A stretch of DNA of 47,408 nt. Origin: Nanobdellota archaeon (GTDB lineage Archaea; Nanobdellota; Nanobdellia; Woesearchaeales; GW2011-AR9). Where the stretch lies: the NCBI GenBank assembly GCA_030647325.1, contig JAUSJN010000054.1:1-47408 (forward strand). The letters run 5' to 3'. This document shows, piece after piece, positions 1 through 9,340 of this stretch (the stretch's first letter is position 1; every line of letters begins with the position of its first letter). Made by a program: the position numbers and the translations under genes. The notes under the pieces are model-generated. The model was not told where the DNA came from and searched no databases. It saw only the letters and a program-made list of their open reading frames with translations.

Positions 1-228
1 CAAATAGAACTTTCCGACCGCGCTCCTATTAGAGATGCTTGCGAAGAACTAGGAGTTTTATTCGGCTGCCGTTCAGGATTGTGCGGAACTTGCATGATCG
101 ACATAGTTGAAGGAGAAGAAAATCTTTCCGAATTAAGCGAAGAGGAAGTAGCCATGGATAGGGATAGGGCACATCGTTTGGCTTGTCAGACTAAAATAAA
201 AAAAGGAACAGTTACTATTAAATTTTAA
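1..228 (+). CDS. 2Fe-2S ferredoxin (5'-truncated by window edge)
   Basis: Not in ORF track. Frame 1 reads QIELSDRAPIRDACEELGVLFGCRSGLCGTCMID...RLACQTKIKKGTVTIKF*, with C-x4-C-x2-C and the distal RLACQ cysteine. Confidence 0.9.
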   Translation, partial: QIELSDRAPIRDACEELGVLFGCRSGLCGTCMIDIVEGEENLSELSEEEVAMDRDRAHRLACQTKIKKGTVTIKF

Positions 229-244
229 TGTTTAGGAGGAAAAA

Positions 245-820
245 ATGGAATCAAACAAATTGGAAATCAACACACCAGCGCCGAAATTTGAAGCGAAAGT
301 ATTTCAGAATGATGAGATCAAAACCATAAAATTAAGCAACTACCATGGAAAATGGGTGGTGTTAGTATTTTACCCTGCCGATTTTACTTTCATCTGCCCT
401 ACCGAGTTAGGAGAATTGGCGGATCATTATGAGGAATTGAAAAAAATCAATGTGGAAGTCTTGAGCGTCAGCACCGATACGGTCTTTACCCACAAGGCGT
501 GGTGGGATAATTCTGCGACCATCAAAAAAATAAAATTTCCCATGGTAGCCGATCCGAATGGGCAGATCTGCCGCAGCTATGGGACCTACATCGCTGAAGA
601 AGGATTGAGTCTGCGGGGAACCTTCATCATAGATCCTGACGGGATCTTGAAAGCATTTGAACTGCATGACAACAGTATCGGCAGAAGCGCGAAAGAATTA
701 TTACGGAAGATCAAAGCGGCGCAGTTTGTCAGGGAACACGGCGGAGAGGTCTGCCCTGCAAGTTGGGAACCGGGAAAAGCGACCTTGAAACCAGGATTGC
801 ATTTAGTAGGAAAAATTTAG
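245..820 (+). CDS. ahpC: 2-Cys peroxiredoxin (AhpC/Prx1)
   Basis: FYPADFTFICPTE peroxidatic motif, VCPASW resolving Cys, AGGAGG RBS. Confidence 0.95.
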   Translation: MESNKLEINTPAPKFEAKVFQNDEIKTIKLSNYHGKWVVLVFYPADFTFICPTELGELADHYEELKKINVEVLSVSTDTVFTHKAWWDNSATIKKIKFPMVADPNGQICRSYGTYIAEEGLSLRGTFIIDPDGILKAFELHDNSIGRSAKELLRKIKAAQFVREHGGEVCPASWEPGKATLKPGLHLVGKI

Positions 821-832
821 GAGGAAAGAGAC

Positions 833-1414
833 ATGGCATACACCGCGCAAAACTTTGATAATTTATTAGGATTGAAAGGATTCAGCGACCAGTTATTACA
901 AAATCATTTCAAATTGTATCAGGGATATGTTACCAACACTAACAAATTGATCGAATTGTTAGATAAACTTGAGTCAGGAACTCCAGAATATTCTGAACTG
1001 CAAAGGCGCTTCGGCTGGGAGTTTAATGGCATGCGGATGCATGAATTGTATTTTGGTAATATGATCAAAGGCGGCAAGGCCTTGAACAAAAATTCTTCCT
1101 TAGCTAAAGAACTAATTAAAACGTATGACAGCCTCGAGAACTGGGAAAAAAACTTCAAAGCGGTTGGCGCGATGAGAGGAATAGGTTGGGCGGCGCTGGT
1201 GTACGACCAAAAACAAAAAGAATTTTTTAACCTCTGGATCAACGAGCATGATGTCGGCCATTTAGCCGGAACTGTTCCCTTGCTGATCATGGATGTTTTT
1301 GAACATGCCTTCATGCTTGACTATGGATTGAATCGGGCGGATTACATCAAAGCGTTCATGGAAGCGGTTGACTGGGATGCGGTGCAGAAGCGCTTTGAGA
1401 AAGCGCAGCATTAG
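833..1414 (+). CDS. sod: Fe/Mn superoxide dismutase family protein
   Basis: NHFKLYQGYV, MHELYF, GIGW and DVFEHAF metal-ligand motifs. Confidence 0.92.
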   Translation: MAYTAQNFDNLLGLKGFSDQLLQNHFKLYQGYVTNTNKLIELLDKLESGTPEYSELQRRFGWEFNGMRMHELYFGNMIKGGKALNKNSSLAKELIKTYDSLENWEKNFKAVGAMRGIGWAALVYDQKQKEFFNLWINEHDVGHLAGTVPLLIMDVFEHAFMLDYGLNRADYIKAFMEAVDWDAVQKRFEKAQH

Positions 1415-1470
1415 TTTTCCTGGATTCTTTTTTCTTAATATTTTTAAACTGAGGCCATAAAAGCTCTTTT

Positions 1471-2661
1471 ATGACCTTATACGGCTTGGATTTAGTACGA
1501 GATCAAGATGGAAAATACCATCTTCTGGAAATAAATGGGATTAGTTCTGGAATGAAAGGTTTTGAGTACATTTATGGCGATAATAGGGTGGAAGAGAAGG
1601 TTTTTGAGATGCTGCAAAAGCGTTATGGGAATCTTACCGTCAATGACGGGACCTATGCAGAACTGCAATATAAAAAAGAACATCCTTTCAAATATGCTCT
1701 GGATACCGTTAGGGATAAAATCCCGTTTCTACGTAAAAAAAATCTTGCCTGGCTGAAATTACGTTCTTTACCCACGGCGCGTACAGATTGGGTCTTAGAG
1801 GAAGTTCCTTATTCCAAGGGGCGTATTTTCCCTTTTGATCCTTATATTGGGCAGGAATCAGCAGTATTAAGTACGCATTATAATGAAGAACTGTCTCACC
1901 CTTTAGTAAATCCATTTCTTACTGAAGCGATCGCCGCTAATAAATTTTTCACCGATCAAGTTTTAAGAAATTCTTCTATAGGGGAATTAGTCCCGCCCTC
2001 GACACTTCTTGGTTTGGGCTTTACCCACGAAGAGGAATTGGCAGAGCTTCTAGAGAGCGCTCCTTCCTTTGTCATAAAGCCAATATTGGGCACACAGGGA
2101 AGAGGACTAGAATTCCTCACCAGGGAAGATGCAAAAAAGCATCAACTCAGCCGCGGCCCCATAGAGCTTCTTAGTCCTCTTAATCAGATAAAGGCCTTAT
2201 ACGCAAATCCTGAAGATCTGTTGTATGTTGAGGATCTAGCCAAGATGGGCTTATTCTCATTTCAACATGGATTAGGGATCATCCAGCCTTTCATTGAATC
2301 TAAACGTCTTTTTGAAGGGATGGAGATGTATAGCTGCATCCGGGCTATTGTGTGCAACGAACAGTTCGTGGATGCGTATCTAAGAGTGAGTCCCCTAAAG
2401 AAAGCTAACTTATCTCAGGGAGCCCAGGCGTATCCTTGCAAAGACAAAGATGAGATCGTTTCTTTATCAGAGAAAATTGTCGCAGTCTTTGAAGAAGAAT
2501 GTTTCAGGTATGATCCAAAAAGTTTCCGGCAAGAACTGTATGGCCAGTACATCGAATCCCGGGGGAAGACCACTTTAGAAATGAAAAACAGAGATATCTT
2601 CAGCGGATTATCGACTCTGCTTGTAAATGTCACCAGCGGACTAGAACGCCGTTTACCGTAA
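1471..2661 (+). CDS. Circularly permuted RimK-like ATP-grasp ligase
   Basis: VIKPILGTQGRG, IIQPFIE, IRAIV and KANLSQGA appear in RimK order, but GLDL...LLEIN (normally C-terminal) is at residues 5-22. Confidence 0.8.
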   Translation: MTLYGLDLVRDQDGKYHLLEINGISSGMKGFEYIYGDNRVEEKVFEMLQKRYGNLTVNDGTYAELQYKKEHPFKYALDTVRDKIPFLRKKNLAWLKLRSLPTARTDWVLEEVPYSKGRIFPFDPYIGQESAVLSTHYNEELSHPLVNPFLTEAIAANKFFTDQVLRNSSIGELVPPSTLLGLGFTHEEELAELLESAPSFVIKPILGTQGRGLEFLTREDAKKHQLSRGPIELLSPLNQIKALYANPEDLLYVEDLAKMGLFSFQHGLGIIQPFIESKRLFEGMEMYSCIRAIVCNEQFVDAYLRVSPLKKANLSQGAQAYPCKDKDEIVSLSEKIVAVFEEECFRYDPKSFRQELYGQYIESRGKTTLEMKNRDIFSGLSTLLVNVTSGLERRLP

Positions 2662-2997
2662 TACGATCTTCTCGGCAATAACTTCTTTTTCTCCTTTATA
2701 CTCTTCAACCTGCCCGGTCAGCTCAACATGATCTCCTTCCCGGAGATAGATGCTGCTGTCCGGGAATAAGATAATATCAGTGTAGACGATCTTCTCTCCT
2801 TCCAGTTCAAAGAACACTGCTTTATCCGTCACTTTAAGATTTTTTACTGTACCTTTCATCGCCACTTTTTCAGTAATAGCCACCGTCTCCAGATCAGCGG
2901 CAGATTCAAGATCCAAACCTTGGGCATACACCAACAGAAAACTTAGGCCAAGTACGGTGATGATGAGAGATAGCCTGACCAGCGTTTTTTCTTGCAT
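2653..2997 (-). CDS. Membrane-anchored OB-fold protein
   Basis: N-terminal hydrophobic helix; V.MKGTV...EGDHVELTGQVEEYKGEKEV OB-fold pattern. Confidence 0.75.
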   Translation of the reverse strand: MQEKTLVRLSLIITVLGLSFLLVYAQGLDLESAADLETVAITEKVAMKGTVKNLKVTDKAVFFELEGEKIVYTDIILFPDSSIYLREGDHVELTGQVEEYKGEKEVIAEKIVLR

Positions 2998-3104
2998 GTT
3001 CTGTCCGCCGGCATACTTATTATATATATTTCTACACTGCAGTACATCAAATACTGCATTTTAAGTCCTAAATGTTTATATAGACTTTACTCCTTTATGA
3101 TAGC

Positions 3105-3287
3105 ATGTCCGAAGAAAGAGTAACCCAGTTAAGAGAAAATTTGTTCCAGCTAGAGCGCCGGATACGGCCGCTGGAATGGGACGCAGGCAGGAACCAGATC
3201 AATGAGTTCAAGAAACAGCAGTTAGGAAGATTGAAAGAAGAATTCACTGTCTTACAACAAGAATTGCATGGTCTGGAAAAACCATAA
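3105..3287 (+). CDS. Small coiled-coil hypothetical protein
   Basis: 60 aa helical-hairpin-like ORF with TTTATATA box about 25 nt upstream and a hairpin downstream. Confidence 0.7.
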   Translation: MSEERVTQLRENLFQLERRIRPLEWDAGRNQINEFKKQQLGRLKEEFTVLQQELHGLEKP

Positions 3288-3372
3288 AACAAAGTAGATC
3301 CCTGTCTAGGGATTTCCAAGATTTACCTCAACATTTTTAAACTTCCATCAATTTAATCTATAAAAGAGGAGG

Positions 3373-6027
3373 ATGGGGATGAAATCGGTTATTTCTCTGC
3401 AGGAAAAAGCACATGCGCAGTCTCTGAAGGAACTATTTAATTATTATAATGCCTCTGAAAAAGGCCTTTCTAACCATGAAGCGGAACAGCGATTGCATTC
3501 TTTCGGCTTCAATGAACTTCAGGCTGCTAAAGAAGACAGTCCCCTGAAGATACTGTTGCGCCAATTTTCCAGCCCCTTAGTGATAATTCTTCTGGTCGCA
3601 GTGATCATTTCGTATCTGCTTGGCGAAAAGGTGGATGCGGGAATCATCACTATCATCGTCATAGTCAATGCCATCCTGGGCTTCATACAGGAATACCGCG
3701 CAGAAAAGACCTTGGAAGCGCTGCAAAAAATTGCCTCGCCTAAAGCAGTAGTGCTCCGTGAGGGAAAGGAGACCATCATCGAGAGCAGGAATGTTGTTCC
3801 CGGTGATATCATCGTCTTTAAAGTCGGCGATAAAATCTCTGCTGACGCGCGGCTGATCGAAGTGCACGACGTAAAGATGCAGGAAGCGGTGCTTACTGGC
3901 GAGTCACAGCCGGTCACCAAAAATATCGAAGTGTTGGATGCAAAGAAAGGGTTAGCCGATCGGCGAAACATGATCTATACTTCTACCATCGTCAGTAATG
4001 GCCGGGGAAAAGCGCTGGTCACCGCGGCGGGGATGAAAACGGAAGTAGGAAAAATCGCCCGTGATATCGCCGAGACGGAGGAAAAGATCTCTCCTCTGCA
4101 GGAAAATATCCAAGTGATGGGAAAATATCTCTCTATCGCCGTAGTGGTAGTCGCTATCGTCGTTTTTTTAGTTGGGATCGCGCAGGGATTAGGATATACC
4201 CTGATGTTCCTGACCGCAGTAGCTTTAGGCGTAGCGGCTATTCCTGAAGGGCTTCCTGCTATCATCACTATCTCGCTTTCCTACGGAGTACAGAAAATGG
4301 CCAAGCGCAATGCGCTGATTCGGAAACTTCCTTCCGTGGAGACGCTGGGCAGCGTCGATGTCATCTGCACTGATAAGACCGGCACGCTGACCCATAATGA
4401 GATGACCGTGACCAAGATCTGGCTCAACAACGCGCTGTATGATGTGACTGGTTCAGGGTATGAAGCAAAAGGCTCCTTCATGCTTGACAATAAAGCTGTC
4501 AAGCCGGATTCTCTGCAGATCATCCTCAAAATAGGAGCGCTTTGCAATGATGCTGAATTTGATAAGAAAAAAAAAGTGATTGGCGATCCGACTGAGGCTG
4601 CCTTGTTAGTATCAGCAGAAAAAGCCGGCCTCCTGCGGACAAAACTGGAACAGGAAGAACCGCGCGTGGATGAGATCTCCTTCTCTTCAGAAAGGAAGAT
4701 GATGACTACCATCCATCAGACTAAGTTCGGGAAAGTCTCTTACACCAAAGGGGCTCCTGATATTCTGCTGAAAAACTGTAACAGTATCCTGATCAATGGC
4801 AGCGTGCAGCGTTTAGACAAGAAGAAAAAAGAAGAGATCCTGCATCAGAATGAAGTCCTGGCGGGAAATGCGCTTCGCCTGCTCGGATTTGCCTACAAGC
4901 CGAAAGTCCAAGGAAAAGAAGATGCGGAAAAAGATATGATCTTCGTCGGACTGCAGGCCATGATCGATCCGCCGCGAAAGGAAGTGAAAGAAGCGATACA
5001 GAAATGTATTGATGCTGGAATACGGGTCATCATGATCACCGGGGATCAATTGAGCACTGCCAAAGCCATCGCCGCCCAGATAGGAATCACCGGAGATGCT
5101 CTCAGCGGTGAGGAATTGAACCAACTGAAGAATCTTACTGCCCATATAGAAGACATCAACATCTTCGCTCGGGTAGATCCTGAACACAAGCTGCGCATCG
5201 TTGAAGCATTAAAGAAAAAAGGCCATAAAGTGGCGGTCACCGGAGACGGGATCAATGATGCTCCTGCTTTGAAAAGAGCGGATATCGGCATCGCCATGGG
5301 CGTGACCGGGACTGATGTGGCGAAAGAAGCAGCAGATATGATCTTGCTTGACGATAATTTTGCCTCTATCGTCAATGCGGTAGAAGAAGGGAGAGGGATT
5401 TACGATAACCTCCGGAAGTTTGTCAATTACTTGCTCTCCAGTAATTTCGCCGAGATTTTAGTTATCTTCTTGGCCATGGTCATCTTTGCTCCTTTTTTTG
5501 GTTTGGGCCTGCCGCTGACTCCTATCCACATCCTCTGGATAAATTTAGTCACTGATGGTCTGCCGGCAGTAGCCTTAGGCGTGGATCCATTTCAAAAAGA
5601 GATCATGAAACGAAAACCGCGCGAGTATGAGGAATCTATCATCAACAAAGAGATGATCATCAGTATCCTGACTTTAGGGATGCTGATCGCTTTTGTGGTA
5701 CTCTTTTTATTCTGGTCGTACCGGAATGCTATCCCGGGAAAAGCGCAGACCATGGTCTTTACCGCCTTGGTGGTATTTGAGCTAGTGCGTTTACACATGA
5801 TCCGGATGCATTATCATCTGTCTATTTTTTCAAATGGTTATCTAGTGGCAGCAGTAGTGCTTTCCCTGGTTCTTCAGGCTATTGTAATGTATGTGCCTTT
5901 CCTTGCCGGCTCCCTCGGAGTGGTGCCTTTAGGGTTCATGGATTGGGCATGGATAGGTATCGCAGCAGCAGGAATAGTGGGGTTGAATTGGATCATACAT
6001 AAAGTAAGGAAGCTTAATTTTGTGTGA
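3373..6027 (+). CDS. P-type ATPase, type IIA (Ca2+/cation transporting)
   Basis: TGES, PEGL, DKTGTLT, KGAPD, DPPR, TGD and GDGINDAPAL motifs; start may be ATG 3379. Confidence 0.95.
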   Translation: MGMKSVISLQEKAHAQSLKELFNYYNASEKGLSNHEAEQRLHSFGFNELQAAKEDSPLKILLRQFSSPLVIILLVAVIISYLLGEKVDAGIITIIVIVNAILGFIQEYRAEKTLEALQKIASPKAVVLREGKETIIESRNVVPGDIIVFKVGDKISADARLIEVHDVKMQEAVLTGESQPVTKNIEVLDAKKGLADRRNMIYTSTIVSNGRGKALVTAAGMKTEVGKIARDIAETEEKISPLQENIQVMGKYLSIAVVVVAIVVFLVGIAQGLGYTLMFLTAVALGVAAIPEGLPAIITISLSYGVQKMAKRNALIRKLPSVETLGSVDVICTDKTGTLTHNEMTVTKIWLNNALYDVTGSGYEAKGSFMLDNKAVKPDSLQIILKIGALCNDAEFDKKKKVIGDPTEAALLVSAEKAGLLRTKLEQEEPRVDEISFSSERKMMTTIHQTKFGKVSYTKGAPDILLKNCNSILINGSVQRLDKKKKEEILHQNEVLAGNALRLLGFAYKPKVQGKEDAEKDMIFVGLQAMIDPPRKEVKEAIQKCIDAGIRVIMITGDQLSTAKAIAAQIGITGDALSGEELNQLKNLTAHIEDINIFARVDPEHKLRIVEALKKKGHKVAVTGDGINDAPALKRADIGIAMGVTGTDVAKEAADMILLDDNFASIVNAVEEGRGIYDNLRKFVNYLLSSNFAEILVIFLAMVIFAPFFGLGLPLTPIHILWINLVTDGLPAVALGVDPFQKEIMKRKPREYEESIINKEMIISILTLGMLIAFVVLFLFWSYRNAIPGKAQTMVFTALVVFELVRLHMIRMHYHLSIFSNGYLVAAVVLSLVLQAIVMYVPFLAGSLGVVPLGFMDWAWIGIAAAGIVGLNWIIHKVRKLNFV

Positions 6028-6075
6028 TTTTAAAGCTAAACATTTTTAAATGCAAGCTCAAAATAAGAATGATAG

Positions 6076-6119
6076 CTGAGGCAGCATAAGCGTGATCCAG
6101 AAAGGATCTTTAGCCTCGG
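6076..6119 (+). promoter_or_regulatory. Structured 5' leader of rps6e
   Basis: CTGAGGC/GCCTCGG stem enclosing GATCC-AGAAA-GGATC, abutting the GGAGG RBS; TTTAAA box at about 6045. Confidence 0.45.
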
Positions 6120-6129
6120 GAGGAAAAAC

Positions 6130-6525
6130 ATGGAATTAAAATTAGTATTAGGGACAAAGGACGGAAAGTCTTATCAAAAAGAAGTAAAAGATGCCGCTGC
6201 AGAAGCGTTGCATAACAAAGTTATCGGGGACACTGTTTCTGGCGAAGAACTTGGTTTTCCAGGATACGAATTCTTGATCACCGGCGGTTCTGACAAGTGC
6301 GGATTCCCCATGCGGAAAGGCATCCAGGCAGCCCGTAAGAGAATAATCGCGGGGAAAAGCGTTGGTTTTTCAGGCTTAGATCGCAATAAGAAGAAGCAGC
6401 CAGGATTGCTCAATAAGAAAACTGTCTGCGGTGAAAGGATCTCAAAAATAATCCATCAGGTCAACCTGAAAGTATTGAAAGAAGGATCTCAGCCATTGGT
6501 CGAAGAAGCTGCGAAAGGGCAGTAA
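6130..6525 (+). CDS. rps6e: 30S ribosomal protein S6e
   Basis: GKSYQKE, IGD, GYEFLITGGSDKCGFPMR, KTVCG and QVNLKV. Confidence 0.95.
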   Translation: MELKLVLGTKDGKSYQKEVKDAAAEALHNKVIGDTVSGEELGFPGYEFLITGGSDKCGFPMRKGIQAARKRIIAGKSVGFSGLDRNKKKQPGLLNKKTVCGERISKIIHQVNLKVLKEGSQPLVEEAAKGQ

Positions 6526-6556
6526 AATTTATTTTCTCTTTTCTGTCAAAATATGA

Positions 6557-6674
6557 CTGGGCTGACCATCGGTCAATAGACCGATGGCATGTTCGCTTCG
6601 CTCACAAGAAAATTGAAAACTATCAATTTTCTGTGCTGAAATTAAATCGTTGTTTCATTTCATGCACCGCCCAG
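6557..6674. repeat. Composite palindromic element (GGTC-AATA-GACC hairpin + GTTCGCTTCGCTCA + double-hairpin unit 1)
   Basis: Closed by CTGGGC/GCCCAG; modules recur at 6688, 25315, 25440 and 32733. Confidence 0.85.
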
Positions 6675-6687
6675 CCTAATTTTGAGC

Positions 6688-6753
6688 ACGCATGAAATTT
6701 GAAAAATATCAAATTTCAGCGCTGAAAATAAATCTTTGTTTATTTTCATGCGC
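6688..6753. repeat. Double-hairpin unit 2
   Basis: CGC-A-TGAAATTTGA-aaaata-TCAAATTTCA-GCGC-TGAAAATAAA-tctttg-TTTATTTTCA-T-GCGC. Confidence 0.88.
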
Positions 6754-6754
6754 A

Positions 6755-6817
6755 AGAAGTCCACACATTGATAAGTGGTTTGCTTGCAAACCACCACCCT
6801 ATAGAGTGGTGGAATTC
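6755..6817 (+). mobile_element. Possible IS200/IS605-type end remnant (overlapping hairpins)
   Basis: GTGGTTTGC-tt-GCAAACCAC overlapping CCACCAC-cctataga-GTGGTGG-aattc; resembles tnpB right-end hairpins from memory only. Confidence 0.35.
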
Positions 6818-6882
6818 TCCGCGTTTAAATCAACTCCAAAACAAAAAATTTTTAAACCCCTTTTATTTTCCTATAAGGTATA

Positions 6883-7083
6883 ATGGCTACAGTCAATCAA
6901 TTCCTCAGTAATTTTCAACAACAAGTAATGTTATTCAACCGTAGGTCAGCTGCCTTTTTCTCCTTTCTGGGGATGAAGCTCAAGAATTTCAGCTCTTTGA
7001 CCGTCCAGGAACAGATCTCGTTCGGTTTTATCGGCATCGGCCTGGTATTGATCGTAACATCGATAGTTTTATTTTTGGTATAG
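6883..7083 (+). CDS. Small membrane protein
   Basis: 66 aa with C-terminal TM helix; TTTTAAA box upstream. Confidence 0.7.
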   Translation: MATVNQFLSNFQQQVMLFNRRSAAFFSFLGMKLKNFSSLTVQEQISFGFIGIGLVLIVTSIVLFLV

Positions 7084-7093
7084 AGGTACAAAC

Positions 7094-7975
7094 ATGAATC
7101 TAGAAGAAGAAGAACAACCACAATTGCAGGGAAAAATCAATCCTTTTAGGGGATCACAGCAATCTACAGAAAAGATTATTCCTTTAAAGGGATTACCGAG
7201 GCCTAAGCAGCCGCAACAGGAGAAAAGTAAGCTTCAGGACAAGCCTCAAGGTAAAGAAGGCAAAGAATTTACTATCACTCTAAAACCCTGGAAGTTTGTA
7301 AAAGGATTTTTAATCTTAGTTTTGCTTCTGGGTGTTTTCTTCGCCGGCCGTCTTAGCGTCGGAGAAGGTTCTGTTCTCCCTGATTTTTCAACCTATTTCA
7401 GCAGCGATTCCGGTCCTTCTGGTTTAGCCACTGGTGATACAGAAGAAGCAGAAGAGCAGGAAGCAACTACGGAAGCAGCTGAAGAAGTTCCAGCTGAACC
7501 GGTAGTAGAAGAAAATGCGACCGAAGAGACTCAGCTTGCAGAGGATGAAACTGCGTTACCAGCAGAAGAGACCGAAGATAAACCTGAGAAATTTGTTGAT
7601 GAAGAGTATTCGCAAGTAACCTTATCTCTTGATGGCGTCTATAAAGACTGGAAAGGGACCTGGGGAAAGATAAAAGGCGTAAAGTATACTATCACTAATA
7701 ACGAAGTTGGAACGGTCAAACCGCATCACTTTTCCATGATTGTGGAAGGATACGAAGACGGAGAGAAGCATTTTGATGTGGGTATTGCTTCTCAAAGGAT
7801 CAAATCAGAGAAAACTGTAAGCGATGAAGCTGCAGTTACTGGCGGATTTGCGTATAGTCCAGTGACTATTCCGGACGGAGATTTGACCAAAGTGCGGATC
7901 TCTTTATTCCTTCTTGATGTTAATGGGGAGACTATGGCTTCTGTGCATCAAGACATGGATCTAAGCGGAAATTAA
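7094..7975 (+). CDS. Membrane-anchored surface protein with acidic linker and beta-rich C-terminal domain
   Basis: Single TM (FLILVLLLGVFFAG), E/A/T-rich linker, GAGGT RBS. Confidence 0.7.
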   Translation: MNLEEEEQPQLQGKINPFRGSQQSTEKIIPLKGLPRPKQPQQEKSKLQDKPQGKEGKEFTITLKPWKFVKGFLILVLLLGVFFAGRLSVGEGSVLPDFSTYFSSDSGPSGLATGDTEEAEEQEATTEAAEEVPAEPVVEENATEETQLAEDETALPAEETEDKPEKFVDEEYSQVTLSLDGVYKDWKGTWGKIKGVKYTITNNEVGTVKPHHFSMIVEGYEDGEKHFDVGIASQRIKSEKTVSDEAAVTGGFAYSPVTIPDGDLTKVRISLFLLDVNGETMASVHQDMDLSGN

Positions 7976-8089
7976 TTTTTTTATCTTTCTTATTTTTCTT
8001 TTACCATTTCTAGCCTTGATTTTTAACTTTAAATTTTCTTTTAACTTTAAATCGTTAAGTATATATATCTCAAAAATTTAATCAGCAGT

Positions 8090-8758
8090 ATGGCCGATAT
8101 ACTGGAAGTGATCAAATCACGGAGAAATGTTACCCAGTTTCTTCCTAAGTTTGTTTCCTGGGAGAATATTTCTCGGGTCTTAGACGCAGGACGGCATGCT
8201 CCCAGTTGCGGTAATATCCAGAATTGGAAATTCATTGTCGTTCTCAAGCCTGAGATGAAGCAGGAGATCGCTGCCGCTTCTTATGATCAATATGAAATCG
8301 CCGCTGCCTTTGCTCTCATAGTAGTTTGTGCTGAACCGGAAAAAGCAGAACGCTATTATGGGGAAAAAGGAAAAACATTCTATTCAGTGCAGAATTGTGC
8401 GGCTGCGGCGCAGAATATGCTATTAGAAGCGCATGCTCTCGGTTTAGCCACCAGATGGGTGGGAGCATTTGATGAAGCAAAAGTAAAAGAACTTCTTAAA
8501 ATTCCTGAAGAAGTGGAAGCGCACACCATCATTGCTCTTGGCTATGCTAAAGATGTTCTGGCTAAACCACCCAAATATCCTCTGGAAACGTTAGTCTATT
8601 TCGGAGCATGGAGAGCCAAGATAGCAGATCCGGCCAAGTATCTGAATGATATTGCCACTATCCTGGCTAGAAAAGCGCACTCTACATCTGAGGCGATCAA
8701 GAAAGGGCAAGAGTATGTGGTGGAAAAGGTTAAAGAAGTTGTAGGGAAGAAGGAATAA
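8090..8758 (+). CDS. Nitroreductase family protein
   Basis: IKSRRNV, APSCGNIQNWKF, AAAQNMLLEAHALGLAT.W and IIALGY. Confidence 0.92.
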   Translation: MADILEVIKSRRNVTQFLPKFVSWENISRVLDAGRHAPSCGNIQNWKFIVVLKPEMKQEIAAASYDQYEIAAAFALIVVCAEPEKAERYYGEKGKTFYSVQNCAAAAQNMLLEAHALGLATRWVGAFDEAKVKELLKIPEEVEAHTIIALGYAKDVLAKPPKYPLETLVYFGAWRAKIADPAKYLNDIATILARKAHSTSEAIKKGQEYVVEKVKEVVGKKE

Positions 8759-8769
8759 GAACAATAACT

Positions 8770-9210
8770 TTAGTCTTTCTTAAACGGTGTAAATTCGTTA
8801 GGGTAAAGATACACGACCGGGAAATAATCTTCTGAATCTCCGCATTTTCTTTCTCCGGAAGTTACGAGACTGGAAGAGGCCTTTGGGCCAAGGCAATAAT
8901 GTGTAGCATGGCTGGGTCTTTTCATAGTGCTACCTACCAACTGAATCTTACCTGTTCTTTCTGCAGAGTAGGGATCGTCTTTTAGCAAGTAATGGTCTGA
9001 TTTTCTCACTTCGGTATCATATGAAACAGTCACTAAACCAACGCCGGCAAAGGCTAAACTTAACATTGGTCTGTTATCTGCGCTAACATATTTTTCTCTA
9101 TCTTCAGACCAGAATACTTCAGTTATCTCATCTAACTTAAGCTCTTCTGCTACTTTTCTCGGTAGATCTTCTTTTCGTAGATTTTTCATAGTAAGCGCCT
9201 CAAAAAACAT
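8770..9210 (-). CDS. Hypothetical protein
   Basis: 146 aa ORF filling the gap; no recognised motif; start uncertain. Confidence 0.6.
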   Translation of the reverse strand: MFFEALTMKNLRKEDLPRKVAEELKLDEITEVFWSEDREKYVSADNRPMLSLAFAGVGLVTVSYDTEVRKSDHYLLKDDPYSAERTGKIQLVGSTMKRPSHATHYCLGPKASSSLVTSGERKCGDSEDYFPVVYLYPNEFTPFKKD

Positions 9211-9340
9211 ACCGTAAACTCACTTAATAAGAATTTAGCTTTTCTAAGCTATCTGTCTGGTTTTTATCAAAAATAAGCTCAAATGACTATCTATCTTCTG
9301 CAATATATATTTTAAAGAAAAATAATATTTAAATATAAGT

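Noticed and set aside
3519..5798. Many antisense ORFs over the ATPase (likewise over ftsZ, elp3, pepF, sulP and others)
   Set aside because: Shadow frames of well-supported genes, without motifs or start signals.
1471..6525. RimK-like ligase modifying the nearby ribosomal protein S6e
   Set aside because: RimK acts on bacterial bS6, which is unrelated to eS6; the genes are not adjacent, so the link is only a name coincidence.
6557..6817. CRISPR array interpretation of the repeated units
   Set aside because: Only two adjacent units, not identical, with no regular repeat-spacer period and no cas genes.
6692..6883. 63-aa ORF
   Set aside because: Runs through palindromic repeats and has no protein-like features.
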